Virus record (IMG/VR): IMGVR_UViG_3300028800_000002
Coordinates: 64,001 to 128,000 of that record
Source of the DNA: a virus
Direction: 5' to 3' (one strand)
DNA length: 64,000 nucleotides
Within the stretch, counting starts at the first letter, position 1. Every line of letters starts with the position of its first letter. This document shows, one piece after another, positions 1 to 8,775 of the stretch. Both the position numbers and the translations under genes were made by a program. The notes beneath the pieces are model-generated. The model did no database searches, was not told where the DNA came from, and saw only the letters and a program-made list of their open reading frames with translations.

Positions 1-201
1 TCCACCGCGCTTTGATTGCACCAGACTCAATAGCTCTGTTGCTTGCTCTTCGTTCTTGAGCTGCATGAAGGCAGCTTTGTCTTTTTCAGTAGCGAATACA
101 CCCAATTCTTGGGCGAGCAGGCGCAGATTGAACCTCCCCAGCTTGAGCATGCCGTCGTAGTCATTGGGGGCGTTCTCGAGATTGATCTTCACAGTGGTCA
201 T
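1..201 (-). CDS. hypothetical protein, N-terminal part (runs off the window start)
   Basis: Manual translation from ATG at 201 (ATGA overlap with the stop of 198..572): MTTVKINLENAPNDYDGMLKLGRFNLRLLAQELG..., open to base 1. Confidence 0.6.
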   Translation of the reverse strand, partial: MTTVKINLENAPNDYDGMLKLGRFNLRLLAQELGVFATEKDKAAFMQLKNEEQATELLSLVQSKRGG

Positions 202-572
202 GGTGCGGGTTTCCTCACTAATTTGTAGGACTCTATCAGTTGTTCAGCAGAATTGTTTTGCACTAGGCAAGTGATTACTTGAATGTCGGTGCAACCAAAG
301 CAGGGCCTTGGGTTTGGGTTTACTGGATCCTTGAGTGCCTTTGCGGGGCATGTGATTTGGGTGACCATCTTCTTCCACTGATCTAAGAGAAAAGCAATGA
401 AGGCGTTTCTCCAGGAATTCAGTACGTTGTCGTTTTCGTCGATGGCCTCTGGTTCTTCGGTACCCTCCAGGTAGGCGATGAGCATGTCGCGCGGGGTAGT
501 CGGTAGTATCGCGAGCCCAGCTCGAATGCACATTTGGTATAGCTCGGTGTAGTTGTAACGTTCCCAGCGCAT
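198..572 (-). CDS. hypothetical protein (124 aa, Cys-rich C-terminus)
   Basis: ORF with AAGGAG SD upstream, tightly packed in the minus-strand operon; C..CFGC motif. Confidence 0.7.
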   Translation of the reverse strand: MRWERYNYTELYQMCIRAGLAILPTTPRDMLIAYLEGTEEPEAIDENDNVLNSWRNAFIAFLLDQWKKMVTQITCPAKALKDPVNPNPRPCFGCTDIQVITCLVQNNSAEQLIESYKLVRKPAP

Positions 573-587
573 GCCTGACTCCTTTGC

Positions 588-1052
588 CTATTGCAGACTG
601 CAGGCAGATGCTAGAAATGGGCAACCCTCCCCATCAAGGTTCCATATCCAGATCTCGGTGGCGGGGGTTTTGCCGACACATTTACGGCTCACGGACATCA
701 TGTAGTTTGAGTCGTCAATTGCACTGGCTTCGGCGATGACGTCTTCGAGTACCTTGACTCGGTTGCTGACGTCGGTCCTCTTATACCGGTTGCTTGTCTT
801 AGTTGGCCAGCCTTTATTTTCCAGGTCTGGCATTTCAAATTGAGCGAACAGGACGTAAGTGCCACCTGGTTTGAACCACCTCATTTGCTGTTGGCAGTTC
901 TTTACCAGGTAAGAGACTGCCTCCTTCTTGAACTTTGCACCTGTTGAAGATAGTGCCAGGATTGCAATTTTCTTGAACCCTGTGCCCTTGATCATTGGCC
1001 GATAGAGCTCGTTTACGGAGGGTGGCAGGTAGGGTAACCGGATGTGGATCAT
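588..1052 (-). CDS. rusA: RusA-family Holliday junction resolvase
   Basis: N-terminal LPYLPPSVNELY and catalytic-type D-x-x-N-x-x-K-x-x-x-D...IDDS pattern (DVSNRVKVLEDVIAEASAIDDS) typical of RusA. Confidence 0.75.
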   Translation of the reverse strand: MIHIRLPYLPPSVNELYRPMIKGTGFKKIAILALSSTGAKFKKEAVSYLVKNCQQQMRWFKPGGTYVLFAQFEMPDLENKGWPTKTSNRYKRTDVSNRVKVLEDVIAEASAIDDSNYMMSVSRKCVGKTPATEIWIWNLDGEGCPFLASACSLQ

Positions 1053-1699
1053 GGACCTCTGACCCCGGGTGTACGCATGCCGTAGGGCACGCCTCCGCGT
1101 CCCTGCACATTACCCCCTCGGTTACCCCCATCGAAGTTTTGCCTTCTAATTTCCACCTGCCTGGAGAGGAGTTGGATCTGCCGGTATAGGCTTTCAGATT
1201 TTGCCCCAAGGCGTTTGGTCAGTTCTGTCAAGCGAAGTTTCTTCTGCTTGAGAACCACGTAGCGTGGATTGGTCTGGATCCTGTCCTCCATCTCGGCCGC
1301 TCCAGGGGGTTTGGTCTCTCCGCCCTTGGTAGTCTTATTGCTGTTCTTTCGCAGAGACTCCCGCAAGTGCGAGGCTATGTCCTCCATTTCGTAATTCACT
1401 TCGAGCAGGCAGGACTCATGGCTGGCGAGTACCTCTGTCAGGAAGGTGTACCAGGCCATGAATTCGGCATAGCGAGTTGTGTACGCGGTACTGTCCGGGG
1501 TTGTTAGGTCATCCGCGGACAGGGATGGGCAAGGAAACGACGGTTCTGTCGTTGGTGGTATGCCGAGATCGTTTTCCAAGTAGTTTGTAATCTCCCCTGC
1601 GTACTCCCAGCGTTGGTGGATTGCAGTTTCATCTCGCTCTCCGACGCTATCCATACCTGGCGGTATGTAGAGCCCGCCGTGTGGTGTATTTTCTGTCAT
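1049..1699 (-). CDS. putative UvsY-like recombination mediator (helical)
   Basis: All-helical C-terminal half (EMEDRIQTNPRYVVLKQKKLRL...LLSRQVEIR) reminiscent of UvsY-like proteins; located near recA. Function is inference. Confidence 0.35.
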   Translation of the reverse strand: MTENTPHGGLYIPPGMDSVGERDETAIHQRWEYAGEITNYLENDLGIPPTTEPSFPCPSLSADDLTTPDSTAYTTRYAEFMAWYTFLTEVLASHESCLLEVNYEMEDIASHLRESLRKNSNKTTKGGETKPPGAAEMEDRIQTNPRYVVLKQKKLRLTELTKRLGAKSESLYRQIQLLSRQVEIRRQNFDGGNRGGNVQGRGGVPYGMRTPGVRGP

Positions 1700-2613
1700 G
1701 ATGGACTCCTGGGCACGCGCATGCCAATACCGCCAACTCGCGCAGTGCGCTTGCGCATTTCATTTCTAGACTTTATGGCCGCCTTGCGACGTTCCATTTT
1801 CTTCAAATGCTCGGGTTGGCAGAGCCAAGCGTACCCGCAAAACTCGCATACAAGCCCTTCCGTACGAGGTGGTATCTCATTGATGGTGGCTAGGTGGATC
1901 ACCTCTTTGGTCTCTGATTCAATTATGTTCCAGAGGTCGTGCTCGAACGTGAATAGGTACGGAGGCTTGCTAGGGGAGATGTTGGAGTTGCTCTTGTTGA
2001 TGTACTGGGTCCAGAGCAGCGGTACATCGAGGCACTTCATGTAAACGCAGGTCTGCCTCTTGTGCTCCTCAGATGGCTTTATCCTTTTCGCGAATTGCTT
2101 ATCCGAGTCGCTCTTGATCTCCAGCCCCACTCGCAGGACCACTTCTCCCCATGGGTGGTCACGCAACTCGATGACTCCATCGCAGCTCGAGTGAATGCCG
2201 TATTGCTGGGCGATGTCCTGTAGTGACGGGTCAATGCGGACCTCCTTGGCAAAGGACATTAGCCCGCCACTCTTTTCGCAGATGCGTCTCCAGTCTTCCT
2301 GGATCATGCCATGGAACATGTGCCCAGCTCGGAACCTCTTCTTCCAGGAGGAATCCAGCGTTGACTTCTCTGAGCGCTTGGTGCCAGTTATGGAATACCA
2401 GACTTGGCGGCGGCATTCCCCAGATAGTTCGGACGCGTGCACTCCTGCCGCGCGCCCCTTGGCTCCGTGCCACCCGGCGATGAATGCTACATCTTCATCG
2501 TCGTTCTTGACGAACTCCTCGTACAGGGTCCCTAGGTCTCCTGCCCACAGCATGTAGTTGGCGACCACCTCTGCTGGTTGCGTGTAGAGGTCAGCTACTG
2601 TTACAAGTCCCAT
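1696..2613 (-). CDS. Cas4-like PD-(D/E)XK exonuclease with Fe-S cluster
   Basis: HASELSGECRRQ (first Cys), CDGVI...LEIKS nuclease core, QTCVYM motif, C-terminal CEFCGYAWLC. Confidence 0.75.
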   Translation of the reverse strand: MGLVTVADLYTQPAEVVANYMLWAGDLGTLYEEFVKNDDEDVAFIAGWHGAKGRAAGVHASELSGECRRQVWYSITGTKRSEKSTLDSSWKKRFRAGHMFHGMIQEDWRRICEKSGGLMSFAKEVRIDPSLQDIAQQYGIHSSCDGVIELRDHPWGEVVLRVGLEIKSDSDKQFAKRIKPSEEHKRQTCVYMKCLDVPLLWTQYINKSNSNISPSKPPYLFTFEHDLWNIIESETKEVIHLATINEIPPRTEGLVCEFCGYAWLCQPEHLKKMERRKAAIKSRNEMRKRTARVGGIGMRVPRSPS

Positions 2614-2628
2614 AAGCCTTGAACTTTC

Positions 2629-2958
2629 TCAGTCTAGATAGAATACGTCTATCCGTTTGCCTTTGTAGTTCCATACCTCGACGTGCTTAGTGTCTTCGCT
2701 GCCTTGCTTTTTCCATTCGGCGCGCACTTGGTCACGATTCAACATGCAGCGCATGCCGAATTCAATGAATTGCAGTCGTAGGCCCTGTGGGTCAAGGTGT
2801 AGCGCCGTCGAATTTGGGAATACAATGATGTCCAGATCCTTGCAGCTATTTCCCTTGTGAAGGACTCCGCCAGTCATACCAACACTGAATCCGACGATGT
2901 ATTTCTGCAGTTCTCGGCAGAAGGTGAGCGCCTCATCAAGTGTCCACTTGACTTTCAT
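2629..2958 (-). CDS. small nucleotidyltransferase-fold protein (109 aa)
   Basis: Start reassigned to ATG 2958 (AAGGA SD, ATGA overlap); hG-G...KDLDII matches the Pol-beta superfamily G[GS]..DxD signature. Confidence 0.45.
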   Translation of the reverse strand: MKVKWTLDEALTFCRELQKYIVGFSVGMTGGVLHKGNSCKDLDIIVFPNSTALHLDPQGLRLQFIEFGMRCMLNRDQVRAEWKKQGSEDTKHVEVWNYKGKRIDVFYLD

Positions 2959-3302
2959 GGTAGTTTTCCTTGTTGTTGCCTTACCCACGACTCGTACGGC
3001 ATGCATACCCAACGCTCATCGGTTCTTCCTTCAGGGGAGACAAACGATATGTCGAAGATGGGTACTTCGTGGAAGTCGCACTCTCCACGAAGTTTGTCGA
3101 TGAGCCTCTTGGTGATCGAGAACGACTTGGACCGGGTGAATTTGCACTCTGCCCTGAAGTGCTCAAACACCTTGACTACGTCGCTTTTTGCCCACGGGAG
3201 GCACCCAGAGCCTCTCTGGGTTTTGCCTCCTGTAGCTTGCGCTAGTTCATTCTCTTGTCTCTGGGAACGCCGGCGAGTTGCCTTCGCTGATAATGCTCGC
3301 AT
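2955..3302 (-). CDS. putative PD-(D/E)XK endonuclease, Hjc-like resolvase
   Basis: SGCLPWAKSDV...FRAECKFTRSKSFSI fits the D...E-x-K core of small phage resolvases. Confidence 0.5.
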   Translation of the reverse strand: MRALSAKATRRRSQRQENELAQATGGKTQRGSGCLPWAKSDVVKVFEHFRAECKFTRSKSFSITKRLIDKLRGECDFHEVPIFDISFVSPEGRTDERWVCMPYESWVRQQQGKLP

Positions 3303-3305
3303 GCG

Positions 3306-4664
3306 CTACCTGTATGTACTTGGGACGCCGGCAGCGGCCAATATGGCCGCACGAAGTTGCCACTCGCTGTCAGGTTCTTCTTGTAAGGCCTGCACGAACA
3401 GCTCAGGGCCTGAGATGTTGCAGAGGTACTGGTCTGGTTGGCCATTGTTCATGAACGTTAGTAGGCCCTCGTATTCTCTGATGACACCATAGCGAAGACC
3501 CGAGATGATGATGCTGCGTAGGGTATCGAAGCATCGGGGATCGTAGTAGTAGGGAGTTGATCCTTTGATGCCGTCGTGGGTTCCCTCCTTCCCCTTGCTG
3601 ACGTCCCAGTTGACGTCCTTGCCTACCACATGCTGATTAGCTTTAGGTCCCTCGTAGAGCTTCCCTCCGCTATAGACTTTCAAGTGGATTGAGCGCCAGT
3701 GTTTGAGTGCCCAGGAGCTGGCATCGTCAGACCAATCCTTGGCATACTTTGCCATGGGCGCTGGCAGTTCAGATTTCTTGCGGTTGCTGCGCACCTGCGT
3801 AGTCATGATGAGGGTGGTGAAGTGCCCAGGGTTTCGCTTGATAGGTCCGTAGTGCTGGAAGAATCTCGTGATGTTGTTGGCTCTAAGTGCCTGCTGTGCA
3901 TGGTCGTCGAGAGAATCTAGGGCGAGCTCGGCTCTAGGGGATAGACCCTCGTAGGAGTCGATCCCGACTAGACCGTAGAGGTTCGTTGCCAGGAGGTCCT
4001 CCGTTACATCGAGGATGTCTTCCATTGTGGTGGCTTCAACGATGGTGTTTGTCCCAATACCACGTCGCAGGTCTGCTATTTCCTCGGATGTGAGCAGGGG
4101 CACTCCTCGGTCTTGCCTCTCTTGCTGTTTCGCATTGATGTAGCTCCATGGCACAGGAACAATCCACCCACAGCGTCGGGCTTGTAGGTAGTCGATGTTT
4201 CCTTCAGAATTGGCAAGTGCAATGTATGCTTCCTCGCCATAGAGGCGTTGGTGCATTGCGAAGTAGCAGTAGAGCAGGCTTGATTTGCCTGAGTTGTCTG
4301 GGCCTCCTATCGTCACGAATGCCTGTGCTGGCATGCCCCCTCCGGTGTCGATGTCAATTTGCATGACACCGCAGGGCCTTCTTAGGTAGGAGTTTGAGCT
4401 GGCTTCATCCGCGGGGATGACCACAGGGCCTTTGTGCTTTTCGTTTATCTTGTGCATCGTCGCTTTGAGCTTTGCTGCTCGCTGCGCCGGTGTAATTTCC
4501 GCGAGGCCAAGTAGGCGACCCCGTGTTGGAGTCGCCGCTGGCCTTCTACTCTCCACTGCCACCGCCGCAGCTACGGCGCGTGGTGGTTGCACCGTAGTCT
4601 TGGGGGATCTTCTCACTGGCTTGACTTGTTTGGATTGTTTCTTTGCGGTTTTCTTAGCTGCCAT
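3306..4664 (-). CDS. recA: RecA/UvsX recombinase
   Basis: DIDTGGGMP, Walker A GPDNSGKS, Walker B VGIDS, TTQVR, HWRSIHL; basic low-complexity N-terminal extension. Confidence 0.9.
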   Translation of the reverse strand: MAAKKTAKKQSKQVKPVRRSPKTTVQPPRAVAAAVAVESRRPAATPTRGRLLGLAEITPAQRAAKLKATMHKINEKHKGPVVIPADEASSNSYLRRPCGVMQIDIDTGGGMPAQAFVTIGGPDNSGKSSLLYCYFAMHQRLYGEEAYIALANSEGNIDYLQARRCGWIVPVPWSYINAKQQERQDRGVPLLTSEEIADLRRGIGTNTIVEATTMEDILDVTEDLLATNLYGLVGIDSYEGLSPRAELALDSLDDHAQQALRANNITRFFQHYGPIKRNPGHFTTLIMTTQVRSNRKKSELPAPMAKYAKDWSDDASSWALKHWRSIHLKVYSGGKLYEGPKANQHVVGKDVNWDVSKGKEGTHDGIKGSTPYYYDPRCFDTLRSIIISGLRYGVIREYEGLLTFMNNGQPDQYLCNISGPELFVQALQEEPDSEWQLRAAILAAAGVPSTYR

Positions 4665-4825
4665 CACTCATGCTTTTCGAACGGCTCACTCCCATGGACG
4701 GGACAAAAGAGTAAGTCGCCATGCCGTTCGCATTTGGCGCCACACTCTGGGCAGCCCTGTGCGGCTGCCTTTTCCATCTTCTCTTGGTCTACTTGTTCAG
4801 ATACGGCGAATTTGTCTATGGACAT
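4664..4825 (-). CDS. small zinc-binding protein (53 aa, absent from the ORF track)
   Basis: Manual translation MSIDKFAVSEQVDQEKMEKAAAQGCPECGAKCERHGDLLFCPVHGSEPFEKHE; GGAG SD; stop overlaps the recA ATG; CxxC and CxxH pairs. Confidence 0.65.
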   Translation of the reverse strand: MSIDKFAVSEQVDQEKMEKAAAQGCPECGAKCERHGDLLFCPVHGSEPFEKHE

Positions 4826-5114
4826 TGGCTTTCTCCAGTCGGCGCTTGAGGAGTCGTTTGATTGTCGTCGACTTGCTGAAGTTTACCCGATACTGGAGTG
4901 TTTGCCCGGTCTTCATGATTCCGAAGCGTTTATTTGCCGGAGGTCCGCCTTGCACAGACAATTTGAAGCGCCCCAGGCAGCGCAGTCGAACGTCTGATCC
5001 TTTCGCAATCTCTTCCGCCACTAGGTTCAAAAACAGCTCAGTGATGGTGGACACCTCATCGATGCTGTTGTCAGTGGCAAATGCCACCTTTCGATCAAAT
5101 TCAAACTTATTCAT
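4797..5114 (-). CDS. HU/IHF-like DNA-binding protein
   Basis: MNKFEFDRKVA...LVAEEIAKGSDVRLRCLGRFKL...RVNFSKS matches the HU/IHF layout. Confidence 0.8.
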   Translation of the reverse strand: MNKFEFDRKVAFATDNSIDEVSTITELFLNLVAEEIAKGSDVRLRCLGRFKLSVQGGPPANKRFGIMKTGQTLQYRVNFSKSTTIKRLLKRRLEKANVHRQIRRI

Positions 5115-5376
5115 GCTGGGGCTCTACGTCCTCTATTAGGACTCGTATTGCTGCTGAGGTGTGCACCACATCTTCTTTTAGACGTAGAGAAAGCTGTGGC
5201 CGTAGTGTCTGGTGAACCTCACTCAGTACCTTGCTCGCTAGCTTTGCCAATCCGAACAGGCGGATTAGTTCATCTACAGCAACAAGAGCTTTCTTTAGCT
5301 CCTGATCATCCGCATCGATGTATCCTTGCAGGCACTCTAGCTGGCTCCGTATTAGTTTGATGTCTGAGCGCTTCAT
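5107..5376 (-). CDS. hypothetical helical protein (89 aa)
   Basis: ORF with GAGGAG SD fills the gap between polA and HU. Confidence 0.6.
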   Translation of the reverse strand: MKRSDIKLIRSQLECLQGYIDADDQELKKALVAVDELIRLFGLAKLASKVLSEVHQTLRPQLSLRLKEDVVHTSAAIRVLIEDVEPQHE

Positions 5377-5385
5377 GGTCTCCTC

Positions 5386-7440
5386 CTACTTGGCTGCCCC
5401 CCAGGATGGCCCAGACCCCACATCTGCAAGTAGTGGAACTCCGATGTCGGTTGGGAACGGGTGCGCCATCCACTCATTGATGCGGGCTTTGACGATCTCT
5501 GTGTACTCCTTGGGGCATGTACCGATGATTTCATCATGTACTTGCATGCGCATCCGGAACCCATACTTGTGCTCGAGTTCACCGTCCTCGCTGATGTTGA
5601 TCATGGCCATTTTACAAACTTCGGCAGCAGTGCCCTGGATAGGCATGTTGGAGGCTTGTCGTTCAGCCCTGAAGCGCTGGTAGTCGCGCTTGGCCCAGAT
5701 GTCTGGAAGGCTTCTTCGGCGCCCAAGTAGTGTGAAGGCATAGCCGCATTCGCGTACCTCCTCGATAGCGGTATCGAAGTAGGCACGTACCGCAGGGTAG
5801 GTGGCCATGTACCGTTCGATCTTCTTCTCGGCTTCTTCCACGGTGCAGCCCATGCGCAGTGCCATGGCTTTGGCTTTCATGCCGTAGTTGAGGCCGAACC
5901 CGATATTCTTCACGTCGCTGCGTGCGTTGAGGCATTCCCAAACACGTGCAGTGAGCGCAGTCTCTGGCAGCTTGCCCTTTTTGACCTGCTTGGAGATGGC
6001 GGTGGCCTCTACGATTTCCTCGTAGGGGATGTTGTACATGAGCACAGCATTGCCGGTGTGGATGTCCCAGTTCTTGTGGAAGATCTCCATCATGGCAGGT
6101 TCTTGTGCCGCGGCCGCTAGTAGTCGCATTTCTAATTGGGAGTAGTCAGCCACCACCATGTCTTCGTCAGCTTCACAGATAAAGGCATTGCGCAGGTGGA
6201 ACCTGTCCTTCTCGCCTGTGGTGACGTTCTGCATGTTCGGGTCGCTCGAGGATAGACGCCCAGTGCGCGCTACGTCTTGGTTGAGCCTCGAGTGCACGCA
6301 ATCATTTGAGTCTAGTCGTCCAGGCATTTTCTCGATGTACGTGCTGTACTGCTTGGAAATGGCACCGTGCTCTACGAGAAATGCTGCTACCTTCCCAAAG
6401 TCCTCGTCGGGGTATTCCTCTGCCACGTAGGTCAAGTACTTGGTGTCGATGGAGGGCTTTTTGACTCCAGACTTGCCCCCTTTGGTCATCTTGTGCGGTG
6501 TGAGCCGGCACTCGTCGATGAAGTATTTGGCTAGGTCTGGGCCTGCTGTCTTCATCATGCGCCCGGTGAGGCCATTGATCTTGAATCGAAGTTGCTCGAG
6601 GCTCTTGATGATTTCTGGTGAGATCTTCTCTAGGTAGCCCCTATCAACCTTGAGCCCATTGCGTTCGCAGCGGTAAAGCACACGAGTGAAGGGGACCTCG
6701 GTTTGGTAGAAGTAGTCGTGCATTGACTTGATGCCGGGCCAGGTGTCTGGGTACAGGCTGTGCGTTAGTGCATCCTCTAGCTCTTTGTCCAGAAGTTGCT
6801 TGAGCTTCCACGTGGCATAGGCGTCATTTGCGGCATAGTCCACGAGCAGATCTGGGTTGTCCTTTTCAGCCCTACGCAGCACATCGAGCGACGTAATCTG
6901 CCTGTATTCCATGCATCCAGTGCGCTTGCACCAATTGCCGTCGGGTCCGTGCGAGGCCTTTGTTCCACCACAAGCGCAGGTGTTGCTCCGCACGCTTCCG
7001 AAAGTGTTGGTGAAGTCGGACCACTTCCATCCGAACAGCGACGCCGTCATGTCCTTTAGACCGTGCGGTTCTTCCTCATACAACAGTGCGTGCATCACAG
7101 AGACGTCGACAAGCTTGCCCCGAAGCTGGAACCCAGCGTTGGCAAACATGTGCGCGTCGAACTTGGCATTGACTAGTGCCCAACTGCGCTCGTAGTCATT
7201 GAAAATGTACTTGAATGCCGGGAACGTATCAGCATTCAGGGTTACACGGCGGTCGCGCCCATTGGAGCTGTTCCAGCTGATGGACCAGTAGTAAGGGCGA
7301 CAATGGACGATGGAGAGACCATCCGTCTCAGTATCAATTGCTATCGTGCGGTTGTCTTGTATTTCCCGCACTAGCCCGTCTAGGCTTGGGCTTTGTATAT
7401 GATAGTACTCGGCTTCAGGGAGTTGTATGTTCCAGCCCAT
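5386..7440 (-). CDS. polA: family A DNA polymerase (3'-5' exonuclease plus polymerase, no 5'-3' exonuclease)
   Basis: ExoI IDTETDG, ExoII NAKFD, ExoIII YAAND; motif A ADYSQLEMR, motif B KNIGFGLNYG, motif C QVHDE. Start taken as ATG 7440 (MGWNIQLP). Confidence 0.95.
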   Translation of the reverse strand: MGWNIQLPEAEYYHIQSPSLDGLVREIQDNRTIAIDTETDGLSIVHCRPYYWSISWNSSNGRDRRVTLNADTFPAFKYIFNDYERSWALVNAKFDAHMFANAGFQLRGKLVDVSVMHALLYEEEPHGLKDMTASLFGWKWSDFTNTFGSVRSNTCACGGTKASHGPDGNWCKRTGCMEYRQITSLDVLRRAEKDNPDLLVDYAANDAYATWKLKQLLDKELEDALTHSLYPDTWPGIKSMHDYFYQTEVPFTRVLYRCERNGLKVDRGYLEKISPEIIKSLEQLRFKINGLTGRMMKTAGPDLAKYFIDECRLTPHKMTKGGKSGVKKPSIDTKYLTYVAEEYPDEDFGKVAAFLVEHGAISKQYSTYIEKMPGRLDSNDCVHSRLNQDVARTGRLSSSDPNMQNVTTGEKDRFHLRNAFICEADEDMVVADYSQLEMRLLAAAAQEPAMMEIFHKNWDIHTGNAVLMYNIPYEEIVEATAISKQVKKGKLPETALTARVWECLNARSDVKNIGFGLNYGMKAKAMALRMGCTVEEAEKKIERYMATYPAVRAYFDTAIEEVRECGYAFTLLGRRRSLPDIWAKRDYQRFRAERQASNMPIQGTAAEVCKMAMINISEDGELEHKYGFRMRMQVHDEIIGTCPKEYTEIVKARINEWMAHPFPTDIGVPLLADVGSGPSWGAAK

Positions 7441-7446
7441 AGAATG

Positions 7447-7476
7447 AAAAGGGGGCCTCCCGTAAAGAAGGCCCCC
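7447..7476 (-). terminator. GC-rich hairpin with short U-tract between the SSB-like gene and polA
   Basis: Minus strand GGGGGCCT-10nt-AGGCCCCC followed by TTTT. Confidence 0.6.
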
Positions 7477-7489
7477 ACTCCTGTGTTTG

Positions 7490-8734
7490 TTATTCTGGCA
7501 AGTAGTCGTCAGCGTCAATGGCAGATGGTTCGGCGTCTAATTCATCTGCTGGCTCTTCATGCGAGACCATGCTGGAGCGAGTTACTGGCGTCCTAGGTAT
7601 TTGCGCCTCTTCGTCTTCAGGAGGCAGTCCAAATGTCTTTTCCTGTTCAGCTAGCGGTGTCGGTGCGAATATCTTCTTCAGGTCGAGGGGCTTTCGAAGA
7701 TCTTCTCCATACTTGGCTGGAAGAGGCCGTGGTCCGATGGCTCGTAGTATCTGCAGTGCTGTCTGCTTTCCACCCCCATCTGAGTTGGGGACACGCTTGA
7801 CTTCTAGGTCGAAGTCAAAGAGCGTCGCCGATTCCGGCTTGGAGCATCCCGAGCATTCAATCATGCTCTCGAGGAACCCGTTGTGTTTGCAGTGCGGGCA
7901 TTGAACTGCCTCGTCCCGCATTCGGATTAGCTCCTCGTCACTGAGCGCTGTTTCCGCCATGACCACGATAGCTTCCCCGCAATTCTGGCAGAGTAGTGCG
8001 ATCTCGCTGATAGTGTTGTTACCCCCGCATGTACGGCAGTGGCGGGCCAGCGTGTCTTCATACTCTGTGAGTACTCGGAAGTGCCCGTAGCTCAAGGACC
8101 AGTGTTGACGATGTCCTTCCTTTCTCTTGTATCCTGCCGCGGCGTATTCGTCATTGCCGCGCACCGAGCCTTTTCTCCAATCGGTGTATGGCTCTTTGGT
8201 ATTGGGGTTGATGCGTAGCTGCTTGGTTACATTGTCGATTTGAGGCACCTGGTAGAACGGAGCTTCAACGACTACAGTAAATGCCCACTTGTCCCCGCGG
8301 CTCATGGCCTTGGGGTGATCTTTGTCACCTGTGATTTGACGTTGTCGCCACTCCCACCAGTACCAGTCTGCCGCGATGCATGGATCGCCCTTACCCTTGA
8401 ATTCCCCTAATGCGCCTTCAGATCCGATACAACCACGTTTCTTTCCACCGTGGAAGTAGTTGATGTACCGGTAAAAGGGGTACACCATTTCAACGACCTT
8501 ACCCGTCTCGTCGTATAGGTAATCCCGGTTGTCTTGGTCCACCACCGGCATTGCGAATTCACCGGGGATGAGGCGGATGATGTCCGAGGGTCCTGTGACG
8601 GGAGGCTCATACCGGTTGACGAAGTACGGTGCAGCTCTGCCACCTCCAGTCTTTGGTGCCCGTTTGGAGCCCATGCGCATTTTCTGGCGCAGGCTCATTT
8701 TCTTCAGTGCTTCGTTGTTTTTACCAAATGCCAT
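7490..8734 (-). CDS. putative single-stranded DNA-binding protein with four CxxC motifs
   Basis: IIRLIPG near the N-terminus (gp32-like), aromatic-rich core, acidic C-terminal tail (EEPADELDAEPSAIDADDYLPE), located between primase and polymerase. Confidence 0.5.
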   Translation of the reverse strand: MAFGKNNEALKKMSLRQKMRMGSKRAPKTGGGRAAPYFVNRYEPPVTGPSDIIRLIPGEFAMPVVDQDNRDYLYDETGKVVEMVYPFYRYINYFHGGKKRGCIGSEGALGEFKGKGDPCIAADWYWWEWRQRQITGDKDHPKAMSRGDKWAFTVVVEAPFYQVPQIDNVTKQLRINPNTKEPYTDWRKGSVRGNDEYAAAGYKRKEGHRQHWSLSYGHFRVLTEYEDTLARHCRTCGGNNTISEIALLCQNCGEAIVVMAETALSDEELIRMRDEAVQCPHCKHNGFLESMIECSGCSKPESATLFDFDLEVKRVPNSDGGGKQTALQILRAIGPRPLPAKYGEDLRKPLDLKKIFAPTPLAEQEKTFGLPPEDEEAQIPRTPVTRSSMVSHEEPADELDAEPSAIDADDYLPE

Positions 8735-8775
8735 TTGTTCTGCTTTCTATTGCCACTCTGGGCGTTCTATCAATG

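Noticed and set aside
1696-2613. Cas4-like gene as evidence of a CRISPR-Cas locus
   Set aside because: No repeat-spacer array or other cas genes seen; solo Cas4-like nucleases are common in phage recombination modules
7441-7518. N-terminal extension of polA from TTG 7518
   Set aside because: It would be encoded by the hairpin and overlap the SSB-like gene end; MGWNIQLP at 7440 is a more plausible start
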